Counted from the first letter of the stretch, positions 48,759 through 58,937 are shown. The stretch: 64,000 bases of DNA from Candidatus Nomurabacteria bacterium (GCA_023267195.1 JAHFNT010000002.1:23830-87829); one strand, 5' to 3'. The notes: a model not told the origin generated them from the sequence alone. Program-made: numbers and translations.

Positions 48759-50171
48759 ATGGCTTCAATATCCGGAAAAGCAAAAATAGTAAAAAGTAAC
48801 AACTTAAGAATTCCACCACAAAGCATTCCTTCTGAACAAGCCGTCTTGGGCTCCATTATGCTCCGCAAGGACGCCATGCACGAAGTGGAAGACATGATAA
48901 CTCCCGATTCTTTTTATGTTGAAAAAAATAAATTGATCTTCCAAGCAATGCTTGATCTTTCGGTAAAAAACGAACCGATAGACATGCTCTCTCTTTCTAC
49001 TAAATTAAGCGAACAGAAAAATCTCGAGAGAATCGGAGGCAACCAATATCTGGCGGAAATTGTAAATACAGTCCCCTCTTCTACTAACGTAAAACACTAC
49101 GCTGACATAGTGCAAAAGAAATATGTGCTTCGCAGTTTGATTGAAGCCGCTGATTATGTTTCCGAGCTCGCCTTTGAAGAAGGTGATGATCATATGGATG
49201 ACATTTTAGATATGGCGGAGAAGAAAATTTTCAGCGTTGTTTCCAGTCCCAAAAACCAAAAATTTGTAAACTTGAAAGATGCTCTACCTGAAGCTTATGA
49301 GCGCCTAGAAAAATTGCATGAAAATAAAGGCATGTTGCGCGGACTGCCGACTGGCTTTAAAGAATTAGATACGATGCTTTCTGGTTTGCAAAAATCTGAT
49401 TTGATTATTCTAGCAGCCAGGCCGAGTATGGGTAAAACTACTCTCGCCCTCGATATTGCGCGCATGTCCGGAGTTTTGCATGAAAAATCTATTTTGATAT
49501 TTTCTCTAGAAATGTCTTCCCAGCAGTTAGTAGACAGAATGCTGTCTGCTGAAAGCCGAGTAAACGCCTGGAATTTACGCACAGGCCGGCTATCTTCTGA
49601 TCATGAATTTTCGCAACTACGCGATTCACTAGACAAACTTGCTAAAGCGCAAATTTTTATTGACGATCAGCCGGGAAATTCAATTGTTCGAATGAAGGCT
49701 CTGTCTCGCCGGCTCAAAGCGGAAAAAGGACTCGATCTTATCGTGGTGGATTATTTACAACTCATGACCACTTCCAAAAATTATGATTCGATGGTCAACC
49801 AAGTTACAGAAATTTCCAGATCGCTAAAATCTTTAGCAAAAGAATTGGATGTTCCTGTACTTGCTCTTTCGCAGCTTAACCGTGCCGTAGAATCCCGTGG
49901 CGGCAAACCCCGCCTATCGGACCTGCGCGACTCTGGATCTATCGAACAAGACGCAGATGTTGTGATGTTCATTCATCGTGAAGATAAAGGCAAAGAAGAA
50001 TCGGAGAAAACGAACATTGCCGAAATTCTTATCGAAAAGCACCGCAATGGCCCGACCGGCAAAGTGGAACTTTACTTTGACGAAAAAACTACAACTTTCT
50101 TAAATCTGGAAAAAAGCAATTTAAGCGAATTTGCTCCGTCGAAGATAAGCGGTGATTTAGATGAATTTTAA
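48759..50171 (+). CDS. dnaB: Replicative DNA helicase
   Basis: PPQS...EQAVLG, ARPSMGKT, FSLEM, DYLQL, LSQL.R, DLRDSGSIEQDAD. Confidence 0.97.
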   Translation: MASISGKAKIVKSNNLRIPPQSIPSEQAVLGSIMLRKDAMHEVEDMITPDSFYVEKNKLIFQAMLDLSVKNEPIDMLSLSTKLSEQKNLERIGGNQYLAEIVNTVPSSTNVKHYADIVQKKYVLRSLIEAADYVSELAFEEGDDHMDDILDMAEKKIFSVVSSPKNQKFVNLKDALPEAYERLEKLHENKGMLRGLPTGFKELDTMLSGLQKSDLIILAARPSMGKTTLALDIARMSGVLHEKSILIFSLEMSSQQLVDRMLSAESRVNAWNLRTGRLSSDHEFSQLRDSLDKLAKAQIFIDDQPGNSIVRMKALSRRLKAEKGLDLIVVDYLQLMTTSKNYDSMVNQVTEISRSLKSLAKELDVPVLALSQLNRAVESRGGKPRLSDLRDSGSIEQDADVVMFIHREDKGKEESEKTNIAEILIEKHRNGPTGKVELYFDEKTTTFLNLEKSNLSEFAPSKISGDLDEF

Positions 50172-50173
50172 TC

Positions 50174-50830
50174 ATGGATAGCATTGATAAACTGACAGAA
50201 ATCTTCAAAGAGTTCCCGGGTATTGGAGAACGGCAAGCACGTAGGTTTGTATATTTTTTAATGTTTAAGAATGGAGAATATTCAAATAATTTATCTAAAC
50301 TCATTTTAGAATTAAAAAAAGAAGTCTCGCAGTGCAAAGAATGTTTTAAATTTTTCCTTACCAGTAAAACCAAAAATAATTCCACACCAAAGGACGGGCA
50401 AGTGTGTGAGATTTGTAGTAATCCAAACACCGACTCTTCCCTTCTTCTAGTTGTGGAAAAAGATTCTGATTTAGAATCTATCAACAAAAGCGGAGTTTAC
50501 CATGGAAAATATTTTATCTTGGGCGGACTGGTACCGATCGTAGAGAAAACTACCAAGAGCCGAGTACGTATTGAGGAATTAAAGAAAATAATTTCTGCTA
50601 GAGGTGATCTCAAAGAGATAATTTTAGCTTTTTCCATCAGCCCGCAAGGTGACCATACGGATCAATATGTGCGTGAACAATTAAGAGATATAGTAGAAAA
50701 ACAAAACCCTTCGACTCCGCTCAGGGCAGGCATAAAAATTTCTTCCCTCGGCAAAGGCCTCTCCACCGGCACTGAACTAGAATATTCCGATAACGACACC
50801 CTCAAAAATGCCTTAAAAAATAGACAATGA
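50174..50830 (+). CDS. recR: Recombination mediator RecR
   Basis: PGIG.R.A.R helix-hairpin-helix, C4 zinc finger, VVE, TOPRIM domain, G..LEY.D..TL..AL..R. Confidence 0.92.
   Translation: MDSIDKLTEIFKEFPGIGERQARRFVYFLMFKNGEYSNNLSKLILELKKEVSQCKECFKFFLTSKTKNNSTPKDGQVCEICSNPNTDSSLLLVVEKDSDLESINKSGVYHGKYFILGGLVPIVEKTTKSRVRIEELKKIISARGDLKEIILAFSISPQGDHTDQYVREQLRDIVEKQNPSTPLRAGIKISSLGKGLSTGTELEYSDNDTLKNALKNRQ
50382..50402 (+). repeat. 21-bp in-frame element CCACACCAAAGGACGGGCAAG in the RecR zinc-finger loop
   Basis: 19/21 match to 3867-3887. Confidence 0.7.
50707..50730 (+). repeat. 24-bp in-frame element CCCTTCGACTCCGCTCAGGGCAGG in recR
   Basis: Encodes PSTPLRAG; same layout as 35784-35807. Confidence 0.75.
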
Positions 50831-51492
50831 ATATACATATGAAAAATTTAATATACGTTGTTGTATTTTTAATAGTCGTTTTTCTTTTTTATTTTTTGAC
50901 TAAACCAGCAAATACGGAGTTGGTTCTTCATGAAATCAAAGTAGAAACTCCAGCCGTAAACAAGTCCCTCTCTGTTAAAAATGGAGATCCGAATTGTAAT
51001 CCAAAGTTTGAGGATTATCCTGTAGATGAATATAAAGGCAAAATTGCACCAATTGATTTTTCAACGAAGCCAGAGGCTCGTGAATTTCGTACAGTAATTA
51101 CAACGGCTGAAAAACAAGGACCTAATTTTGCAGGTAATTATACTGTCGCTACATGGGGATGCGGCACGGGATGCCAGGAGTTTGCAGTCATTAACGCAAA
51201 AACTGGAGAAATAATTCATTATCCTAACGGATCAAACGGAGTATACTCAGATACAATATCTACCCTAGGACACCAATTTGAATACAAGATGAATAGCCGC
51301 CTATTTGTCGTTGGTCCACCATGGAATATTACAAAAGACGACATAATATGGACGCTTGATGAAGCGAAACAAGAAAAAAACAACGGTGGAGCGCAACTTG
51401 AAAATTTAACTATTAACTATTTTGAATTTCAAAACGATAAATTCAAACTCATTTGTCAGAAAAATTATATAGATGCTTTAAAGAATAAGTAA
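50827..51492 (+). CDS. Hypothetical membrane-anchored or exported protein
   Basis: N-terminal TM; GPNFAG.Y.V..WGCGTGC motif. Confidence 0.7.
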   Translation: MNIHMKNLIYVVVFLIVVFLFYFLTKPANTELVLHEIKVETPAVNKSLSVKNGDPNCNPKFEDYPVDEYKGKIAPIDFSTKPEAREFRTVITTAEKQGPNFAGNYTVATWGCGTGCQEFAVINAKTGEIIHYPNGSNGVYSDTISTLGHQFEYKMNSRLFVVGPPWNITKDDIIWTLDEAKQEKNNGGAQLENLTINYFEFQNDKFKLICQKNYIDALKNK

Positions 51493-51544
51493 TAACTTTT
51501 TGTTGTTAAATTTAGCATATGCTTAAATTCACAACCGTAAACTA

Positions 51545-51619
51545 AAAAACGGGCTCGGAATTTCCTGGGCCCGCTTGCGTGTAGATGATGCCCCCTCCGC
51601 ACCACCCACACGCAAGCGG
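51545..51619 (-). terminator. Long 3' hairpin overlapping an intrinsic terminator
   Basis: 21-bp stem 51571-51591/51599-51619 with G-U pairs; GCGGGC...GCCCGTTTTT terminator. Confidence 0.7.
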
Positions 51620-51625
51620 TAGTGC

Positions 51626-51904
51626 TTAACCCTTGTTGATCCATCCTTTGCCGGGAATGGATCGTTCGAGGGCATGCACCGTGACAGATATTGCCACCCC
51701 CAAACCCACCCCCAAACAAATCGAGACTAGGAGCATGAACCCACCGGGCCCTCCGTGGAGATCTCTGTACCGCTCAGGTATGTCGTCGTAGTAACGAGGG
51801 TTCTTTTGTTCCCACCGTTGTTCCCACTGATCGACACACACGAACAAGTACGCACCTGCGACCAGTATACTGAGACAGGCCAGGACAACAACGATTCTCT
51901 TCAT
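51626..51904 (-). CDS. 92-aa two-TM protein in a self-contained GC-richer cassette
   Basis: TTGACT-17-TACAAT promoter (51949-51921), GAGG SD, two hydrophobic segments. Confidence 0.7.
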   Translation of the reverse strand: MKRIVVVLACLSILVAGAYLFVCVDQWEQRWEQKNPRYYDDIPERYRDLHGGPGGFMLLVSICLGVGLGVAISVTVHALERSIPGKGWINKG

Positions 51905-52001
51905 ACAAACCTCTGAACGGATTGTATCATACAAAAACACAAAAGTCAATAGTATCGAATCCTTATTTTATAAGGTTCTTTTGATTGTGCTAAAAAACAT
52001 T

Positions 52002-52337
52002 TTATTTTATTGAAGTAATTTTTACTTTAAAGAATGGCTGGCGGTGGCCGTTGCGACGGAGATAACGAGATTTTTGTTTATATTTTACAACCATAACCTT
52101 GCGAGCGCGGCCGATTTCTACGATTTCCGCATCCACTTTCGCGCCCTTGATATAAGGTGTGCCGATAGTGGTATCTTTTCCGTCATCCACTAGAAGAACC
52201 TTATCGAAAGATAACTTATCCCCTTTTTTGTATTCCCCGCCTGCGCTGGCAGGTCCCTTAATTTTTTCAATAGAAACGAAGCCCCCTTTGGAGACCTTGT
52301 ATTGCTTACCGCCGGTTGTAATCACTGCGAATTCCAT
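52002..52337 (-). CDS. rplU: 50S ribosomal protein L21
   Basis: AVITTGGKQYKV, IGTPY, GHRQPF; carries extra PASAGG. Confidence 0.96.
   Translation of the reverse strand: MEFAVITTGGKQYKVSKGGFVSIEKIKGPASAGGEYKKGDKLSFDKVLLVDDGKDTTIGTPYIKGAKVDAEIVEIGRARKVMVVKYKQKSRYLRRNGHRQPFFKVKITSIK
52236..52253 (+). repeat. 18-bp in-frame element CCCGCCTGCGCTGGCAGG in rplU
   Basis: GC-rich imperfect palindrome ending GGCAGG; adds PASAGG. Confidence 0.65.
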
Positions 52338-52396
52338 GTTCCCCATACTAACTGAAATTTCCCAAAAAAGCAAGTATTTGGTATACTAATAGCCAT

Positions 52397-53419
52397 ATGC
52401 AAACAAAAACTATTGAAAAGTATTTTTTCTTTGGGCTTTTATTGGCAACTTTTATCTTTACCTTTTTCATCTTCCGGCCATTTTGGATAGTAATGGTTTT
52501 AGGAATTTGTTTTTCGATCGTTCTATACCCATTATATGAATGGTTTCAAAAGAGAAAATTACCGGATTGGCTTTCTTCTCTCCTGACAGTCATTATTTTT
52601 ACTTTAGTTTTGTGCGGCCCACTTTTAGGCATTGGGGTGATGGTTTTTAATCAAAGTCAGGATGTTTATCACGTAGTTGTGAATAATGGCAGCACGGAAC
52701 CATTTTTAAACTCAATAGAAAATAAAATTAATAATATTTTGCCGGAAATCATTAACGTTGACGTAAATCAAAAATTCACGGACTTTATTTCCTACGTATC
52801 TAAAAACATAGCCAACATCTTCAGCACCACCGTCTCGGCCTTCTTTTCATTTTTGCTGATGCTTTTAATAGTTTTTTATTTTTTGAAAGATGGGACAAAA
52901 TGGAAAAAAGCTATAGTGGTACTCTCCCCGCTTGGCGACAAAGACGATGAGAAAATAATCTCGCGCTTGGCCCTCTCGGTAAATGCCGTAATCAAAGGAT
53001 ATCTTTTTATCGCCCTGGTACAAGGATTGCTGATGGGAATCGGACTTTGGCTGTTTGGGATCCCAAATCCGGCGCTCTGGGGCGTAGTGGCCGCCGTCTC
53101 TTCCCTACTGCCAACGATCGGCACCGCGCTGGTGTCCGCTCCGGCAATTATCTTTCTCTTTGCGACTGGAAGCACCGGATCGGCTGTTGGACTTTTAATT
53201 TGGGCAATTGTGGTGGTCGGATTGATTGATAATTTTTTAAGCCCGCTGGTTGTAGGCAAACAAATAAACATGCCCTCTCTTTTGATTCTATTCTCGGTTC
53301 TAGGAGGAATTTCCGTCTTGGGCCCAGTGGGAATCTTGATCGGTCCCCTTGCCGTCAGCCTACTGTATACTTTAATTTCAATTTACAGAAATGAGTTTAA
53401 ACAAAATACAATTTTATAA
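52397..53419 (+). CDS. AI-2E family transporter
   Basis: Multi-TM; P..G.......P, DNFL.P, GG....G..G..IGP motifs. Confidence 0.88.
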   Translation: MQTKTIEKYFFFGLLLATFIFTFFIFRPFWIVMVLGICFSIVLYPLYEWFQKRKLPDWLSSLLTVIIFTLVLCGPLLGIGVMVFNQSQDVYHVVVNNGSTEPFLNSIENKINNILPEIINVDVNQKFTDFISYVSKNIANIFSTTVSAFFSFLLMLLIVFYFLKDGTKWKKAIVVLSPLGDKDDEKIISRLALSVNAVIKGYLFIALVQGLLMGIGLWLFGIPNPALWGVVAAVSSLLPTIGTALVSAPAIIFLFATGSTGSAVGLLIWAIVVVGLIDNFLSPLVVGKQINMPSLLILFSVLGGISVLGPVGILIGPLAVSLLYTLISIYRNEFKQNTIL

Positions 53420-54755
53420 TACCCTAACTCGAAAAAAAGAGGAGTTCGCGCCAATCAATCCACCCAATGTTGGTTTTTATTCTTGCGGACCGACAGTATA
53501 CAACTATCAGCACATTGGGAATTATCGTGCCTATGTTTTCGCTGACACTTTAAAACGAGTGCTCGAGTACAGCGGATATAAGGTAAAGCATATTATGAAT
53601 TTAACGGACATTGATGATAAAACTATTCGTGACTCGCAAAAAGAAGGTAAATCACTCAAAGAATTTACAGAATTTTACTCAGAAAAATTTTTTGAAGATG
53701 TGAAGGTACTTAATATTATCCCCCCGCTTAAATTTACCAAGGCAACTGACTACATCGACGAAATGGTGGAAATTGTAGAGAAACTTTTAAAAAACGGACT
53801 CGCGTATAAAAGTGGAGACGGAAGCATATATTTTGATATTAAAAAATTTGAAAATTACGGCAAACTCTCTGGTCTCGTCCTTGAAGAACAGAAAGAAAAC
53901 GCATCCGGCAGAATAAAAACAGATGAATATGAAAAAGAAAATGCACAAGACTTTGCCCTTTGGAAATCATGGGATGAAAAAGATGGTGATGTGTTTTGGG
54001 AAACTTCGCTCGGTAAGGGTCGCCCGGGTTGGCATATTGAATGTTCTGCTATGTCGATGAAAAATTTAGGTGAACAAATAGATTTACACACAGGGGCTGT
54101 TGATAATATTTTTCCCCATCACGAAAACGAAATTGCCCAATCTGAAGGTGCCACGGGAAAACAATTTGTAAAATACTGGATGCATCTCGAGTGGATTCTG
54201 GTGGATGGCAAAAAGATGGCTAAGTCAGCCGGAAATTTCTATACCTTGAGAGATATTATAAGTAGAGGAGTTAACCCATTAGCCTTTCGATTTTGGCTTT
54301 TAATGGCTCATTATCGAACTCGTGTAAACTTCAACTGGGACGCCCTAGAAGGCGCAGAAACAGCGCTAAAACGCCTTTATGGGCTTTATTTAGACCTTGG
54401 AGAAACAGTAGGGAGCGTGCATCAAGAATACCAAAATAAGTTCAAAGAATTCATAGAAGACGACTTGGACACCCCGCGAGCTCTGACAATTCTCTGGGAT
54501 GTTTTCAAAGATGAAAATATGTCCAACGCTGACAAAAAAGCGACAGTTTTAGATTTTGATAAAGTACTTGGTTTAGGTTTTGCAAATTTGAAAGAAGAAA
54601 TAATTCCTAAAGAAGTTTTAGATTTAGCAAAAGCACGCGAACAAGCCCGAGTTGAAAAAGATTTCCAAAAATCAGACGATTTAAGAAAAGAAATAAATGC
54701 TCTCGGCTATGAAGTAAAAGATACTACAGAGGGCCAAAAAATAAGTAGAATTTAA
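53391..54755 (+). CDS. cysS: Cysteine-tRNA ligase
   Basis: CGPTVY..HIGN, DFALWK, GRPGWHIECSAM, FPHHENE, KMAKS. Confidence 0.97.
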   Translation: MSLNKIQFYNTLTRKKEEFAPINPPNVGFYSCGPTVYNYQHIGNYRAYVFADTLKRVLEYSGYKVKHIMNLTDIDDKTIRDSQKEGKSLKEFTEFYSEKFFEDVKVLNIIPPLKFTKATDYIDEMVEIVEKLLKNGLAYKSGDGSIYFDIKKFENYGKLSGLVLEEQKENASGRIKTDEYEKENAQDFALWKSWDEKDGDVFWETSLGKGRPGWHIECSAMSMKNLGEQIDLHTGAVDNIFPHHENEIAQSEGATGKQFVKYWMHLEWILVDGKKMAKSAGNFYTLRDIISRGVNPLAFRFWLLMAHYRTRVNFNWDALEGAETALKRLYGLYLDLGETVGSVHQEYQNKFKEFIEDDLDTPRALTILWDVFKDENMSNADKKATVLDFDKVLGLGFANLKEEIIPKEVLDLAKAREQARVEKDFQKSDDLRKEINALGYEVKDTTEGQKISRI

Positions 54756-55765
54756 GCTGGTTCTTGCTGAGTAATGCAATGGAGCGCCCCGCCACCATAA
54801 ATAAGATCCGTGCAATCTATCCCAACGATATTTCTATCCGGAAAACAAGATTTTATAATTGACAAAGCCTTTTCGTCGTTTTTATCTCCAAAAAGAGAAA
54901 CCAAAACTGTTTTGTTGCCAACATAAAAATTGGCGTATGAAACTGGGGCTTTTTTACTGTTGTGTTTTGCCCCATCATCATAATACATGTGCGGCATCGG
55001 GAGCTTTATAATTTCAAATTTCTTGCCATCTTGGTCAAAAGAATTCTCTAAAATTTTATAATTTTCAAGCAATCTTTCATAATTCTCATCTGTTTTATCC
55101 TCCTCAAAAGCGCAAAGAATTTTCGAAGGGCTGACAAAACGCGCCACTTCGTCAATGTGCCCATCAGTGTGATCATTCACTAAACCTTTATTCAGCCAAA
55201 CAATATTAGTTGCGCCTAAATTTTCCTTGAAAACCATCTCTGTGTCTTTTTTGTTCTTCCCGATATTGCGATTTAAAATCAAACATTCTTCGGTGGTTAA
55301 AATAGTTCCCAAGCCATTTGCCTCTATCGCTCCGCCTTCCATGGCCATATCGACACTTATCATTTGGAAACCAATTTGATCCTTCAAATTCAAAAAAATA
55401 TTATTATCGGGAGATAATTCTGGAAATTTTCCCCCGTAGCAATCATAATGCCACTTAATCCAAGCTATTTTCTTTTCAATTTTTATAAAAGTCGGCCCAT
55501 AGTCTCGCACCCAGACATCCATATAGGCGTTGTGGTAGAAAATAATTTTAGTTAAATCTGTGCCATTTTTCACAAGCAGAGCGCTTACTTCGTCTTGCAT
55601 TTTCTGATCAAGTACGAGCAGTTTCACCAGCTCATCAGTATGCAAAGCCAGAATAATTTTTAAGTAAATTTCTTTAATCTTATCAATGCGAGCACCGAAA
55701 TAATCATCATCATTCGGCCAGACCAGCCACGTCGCAGTATGCTTTTCCCATTCGGCCGGCATCAT
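54752..55765 (-). CDS. aguA: Agmatine deiminase
   Basis: MPAEW, W.RD.GP, EGG, D.TDGHID, SYANF, GGGALHCITQQ.P. Confidence 0.93.
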   Translation of the reverse strand: MMPAEWEKHTATWLVWPNDDDYFGARIDKIKEIYLKIILALHTDELVKLLVLDQKMQDEVSALLVKNGTDLTKIIFYHNAYMDVWVRDYGPTFIKIEKKIAWIKWHYDCYGGKFPELSPDNNIFLNLKDQIGFQMISVDMAMEGGAIEANGLGTILTTEECLILNRNIGKNKKDTEMVFKENLGATNIVWLNKGLVNDHTDGHIDEVARFVSPSKILCAFEEDKTDENYERLLENYKILENSFDQDGKKFEIIKLPMPHMYYDDGAKHNSKKAPVSYANFYVGNKTVLVSLFGDKNDEKALSIIKSCFPDRNIVGIDCTDLIYGGGALHCITQQEPA

Positions 55766-56637
55766 AAATATTTTTTGGTAAGTGAATTATAAGTATCGGT
55801 GCGGCGATTACGCAGGAAACCCCATTCTTCGGCAATTTGTTCATTGCTCCCTAAATTAATTTTGGAAATTAAAATTTCATCTTTGAACTTCCCCGCTCGC
55901 TTGATTATCTTGCCAAACGCATCACAGACAAAAGACTGCCCCCAGAATTTCAATTTATCTTCTTGGCCAACGCGATTGACTGCCGCAACATGTAAGCTGT
56001 TCGCTATGGCATGAGCGCGCATGCTAGTCTCCCAAGCCTCATGCCAATCCCCCTCCTTCTGTTTTTCGCCAACTATCGTTCCAATTGCCGTTGGATAGAA
56101 AATTAATTCTGCCCCAGAGAGCTTGACCGCGCGCGCCGCTTCGGGAAACCATTGATCATAACAAATGAGAACCGCAAAAGTAGCATATTCTGTTTTATAT
56201 ATTTTGTATCCATCTTTGCTGTCTTCAAAATAATTTTTTTCGTAAAAAAGAGGATCCTGCGGCACATGGATTTTCCTATAGGTTGGCATCAGTCTTCCGT
56301 CAATGTTTATTACTGCAGCTGAATTATGAAAACGGCCATTACTGTCTTTTTCAAAAACCGGCACGATAATTACAACCTTATGTTTTTTGGCAATCGCCGA
56401 AAAGACTTCGGTTGATTCCCCGGGAATTGTTTCAGAAAAATTATCTTTTTTGGCATTTTTATATTGCGGAAAGTAGGGAGTCCTATAAAGCTCCTGCAGG
56501 CAAATAATCTGCGCACCCTTTTTGGCCGCCTGTTCTACTAATTTCGCAGTTTTAGCTAAATTAACATTCAAGTCGGGCGATACGCTAGTCTGAATTCCTG
56601 CAACTATAACAAATTTATTTTTCATTTTATTGTTCAT
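55762..56637 (-). CDS. aguB: N-carbamoylputrescine amidase (nitrilase family)
   Basis: QEL, YRK.H.P..P..YEK.YF, ICYDQWFPE, YPTAIG; adjacent to aguA. Confidence 0.88.
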   Translation of the reverse strand: MNNKMKNKFVIVAGIQTSVSPDLNVNLAKTAKLVEQAAKKGAQIICLQELYRTPYFPQYKNAKKDNFSETIPGESTEVFSAIAKKHKVVIIVPVFEKDSNGRFHNSAAVINIDGRLMPTYRKIHVPQDPLFYEKNYFEDSKDGYKIYKTEYATFAVLICYDQWFPEAARAVKLSGAELIFYPTAIGTIVGEKQKEGDWHEAWETSMRAHAIANSLHVAAVNRVGQEDKLKFWGQSFVCDAFGKIIKRAGKFKDEILISKINLGSNEQIAEEWGFLRNRRTDTYNSLTKKYL

Positions 56638-57226
56638 TTCTGAAATATAACATATTTAAAATTTTCTTGCGATACAAAAAACAAACCATAATAATATTAG
56701 CAATTATCAGGTATAAACCAAATGAGTATATGGTAAAAGACCAATTTTTTATAATGAGCAAACCAAGAGTATTATTAAAAATTCCCGACAAATAAACAGT
56801 CGCCGTTTCAGTCTCCGGAAATTTCCATCCTTTAATATAAGTCGGTATAAAAGCGAAAAGATCGCTCAAAATTGCAAAAATAATTGATACTGCCAAATTA
56901 TGCGTTAATGCATACAATATTAATGCGAGCACAGAAAATATTCCGCAAATTATATCAAAAGTATTTAATTTCCAATATGCATTTTTTCTGAAAATTGAAA
57001 AGACAACAACAAGCAAGGGTCCAAGGCCGGCCATAAATACGGGTATTACAGAAAGGCCAGCCCCCGCTTTGAGTTGAAAAAATACGCCCAGAAAAGGGCC
57101 CAGTAACCAAAGAAACCAGGAAACCAAGTTAGGTTTAGTCGTTCCTAGAAAAATATTTTTAAAATAAAAAAAATATCCTATTAAGCTGACAAGAACTGCA
57201 ATATAAATTATTTTTTCCGGAAGCAT
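56627..57226 (-). CDS. Hypothetical polytopic membrane protein
   Basis: About seven TM helices; TKPN.VSW and PT..K....PE.E motifs. Confidence 0.7.
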   Translation of the reverse strand: MLPEKIIYIAVLVSLIGYFFYFKNIFLGTTKPNLVSWFLWLLGPFLGVFFQLKAGAGLSVIPVFMAGLGPLLVVVFSIFRKNAYWKLNTFDIICGIFSVLALILYALTHNLAVSIIFAILSDLFAFIPTYIKGWKFPETETATVYLSGIFNNTLGLLIIKNWSFTIYSFGLYLIIANIIMVCFLYRKKILNMLYFRNEQ

Positions 57227-57227
57227 A

Positions 57228-58937
57228 TTAATTAAATTCAGCTTGATAACATTTTACGCAATACACAATTTCGGGTCGGCCTGGTTTGTATGGAGTATAA
57301 ATTTCCGTTTCGCATTTTGCACAATTGCGATGATATAGCCCTGGTTTTGTCATTCTAATAAATCTCTTATCTTGTCGGCATTTTGGACATTCGTGTGGCG
57401 CTGGCAACCCCATTTTATGGAGTAAATCCAATTCGCCTTGGACTATTTTATACGCTCGTTTACAATTTGAGCACTCTATCACTTCTTCTAAAATTGAGTC
57501 TTGAGTTTCTTTAATTTTTTCTGGCAAATCTGCAGCTTTGATCGTAGGCTCCGCGGTTGGATTATCTTCATCACTCCATGTGTAGCCAAGGGACAGTGTC
57601 TGCTCTTTTGTTTTTGGAAAAAAGCGCATTGCATTTGATTTGTTATATGGAAACTGACTCATTTCTGACGGGAAAAATTCTCCATAGAAAAATTTACGGC
57701 CAAGCTTGTCCAGATATGGATTACTTTTCATGTCTGCAATTATTTCTTCTTTTAACTTTTCATATTCTTTTTTAGAATATTCTTTGTTTAAAATACAATA
57801 TTTTTTCCTCTTTAAACTAACGCAGCCGAAATTATCTTTCCCAGAAATTACATAATTACAATATGTGAGATTCAAAACATCTGGAAATGAATTCGCTGAA
57901 AAGAGCACTGTATCCGCGCCTTCTCCCACGTTCTGACACTCATAAATTTGTGATGCGCTTTGCCCCCAGCCAGAATAATCGTAACAATCCTTGGCTGTCG
58001 CTACGGTTATGAACTGACACCACTTACAATTCTCTGCATAATTTACGATATATCCTTCTTTGGAATTTTTTGAGCGGAAAGTATATTCCCCAGTCACATT
58101 TAAATTAAATGTATGCCCATGATATTCTCTGTATGGCTTCATAAGCCAAAACTCATAAGCCTTTTTTTCTACCTCTCGCAAGCCAGACCAGGTGTCTAGT
58201 TTCATATCTTTTATTTTTTCTTCATATTCTTCTTTTGAATATTTAACATTAAAAATAGAATTGGTCGCACCGCGTAGATTTACGCACCCTATACAATTAG
58301 TGCAACCATAACAGTTGCGGGAAAACCACACATCCACACAATTTTCTGATTCATCAGAGAAAAAAGTTCTGTAATTATTTATAAAACCTATTGATTCATA
58401 ACACAATTCCGAATCCCACCCCCTAATGCAGTCAGAGCTAAATCTTAATTTGTTTAGTATCGTAGAATAAAAAACAGATTCACAGTAGTCGGCCCAAAAT
58501 ACAAGATAACAATTTTTACAAGAACCCAGGTGATTACAATATTCAGAATTTTTAAGAGTCGTGTAGGAACTCTGAAGAGCGGGAAACGGGACTTCGGACA
58601 TTAGTTCTTTAATTTGGTCAAAAAATGGACGCGTCCTATCATACTCTTTCGCGAATTCTGTCCCATCCCAAGAATCACCCCACCAGCATGGTTGGCAATA
58701 TATTTTTATCCTATCTCCCGATGAGTACATAGATAAAACCCTTTTCTCGCATTTTTTGCATTTATTCCAAAATAAATTCCAAGTATTAGTAAAAGACCAT
58801 CTGCGAATCAGACGACACTCTGGGCAAAACGTCGGTGCTGGAACTTTTATTTTTTCATAAAAATTAAAATCTTCGGGTTCGATGGTGAAATCCTTCTTGC
58901 AATTCTGACATATTTTGGTTTCACTTTTATGTTCCAT
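57228..58937 (-). CDS. Cys-rich multi-zinc-ribbon protein, paralog 4
   Basis: Same family as 6286-8028. Confidence 0.9.
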   Translation of the reverse strand: MEHKSETKICQNCKKDFTIEPEDFNFYEKIKVPAPTFCPECRLIRRWSFTNTWNLFWNKCKKCEKRVLSMYSSGDRIKIYCQPCWWGDSWDGTEFAKEYDRTRPFFDQIKELMSEVPFPALQSSYTTLKNSEYCNHLGSCKNCYLVFWADYCESVFYSTILNKLRFSSDCIRGWDSELCYESIGFINNYRTFFSDESENCVDVWFSRNCYGCTNCIGCVNLRGATNSIFNVKYSKEEYEEKIKDMKLDTWSGLREVEKKAYEFWLMKPYREYHGHTFNLNVTGEYTFRSKNSKEGYIVNYAENCKWCQFITVATAKDCYDYSGWGQSASQIYECQNVGEGADTVLFSANSFPDVLNLTYCNYVISGKDNFGCVSLKRKKYCILNKEYSKKEYEKLKEEIIADMKSNPYLDKLGRKFFYGEFFPSEMSQFPYNKSNAMRFFPKTKEQTLSLGYTWSDEDNPTAEPTIKAADLPEKIKETQDSILEEVIECSNCKRAYKIVQGELDLLHKMGLPAPHECPKCRQDKRFIRMTKPGLYHRNCAKCETEIYTPYKPGRPEIVYCVKCYQAEFN

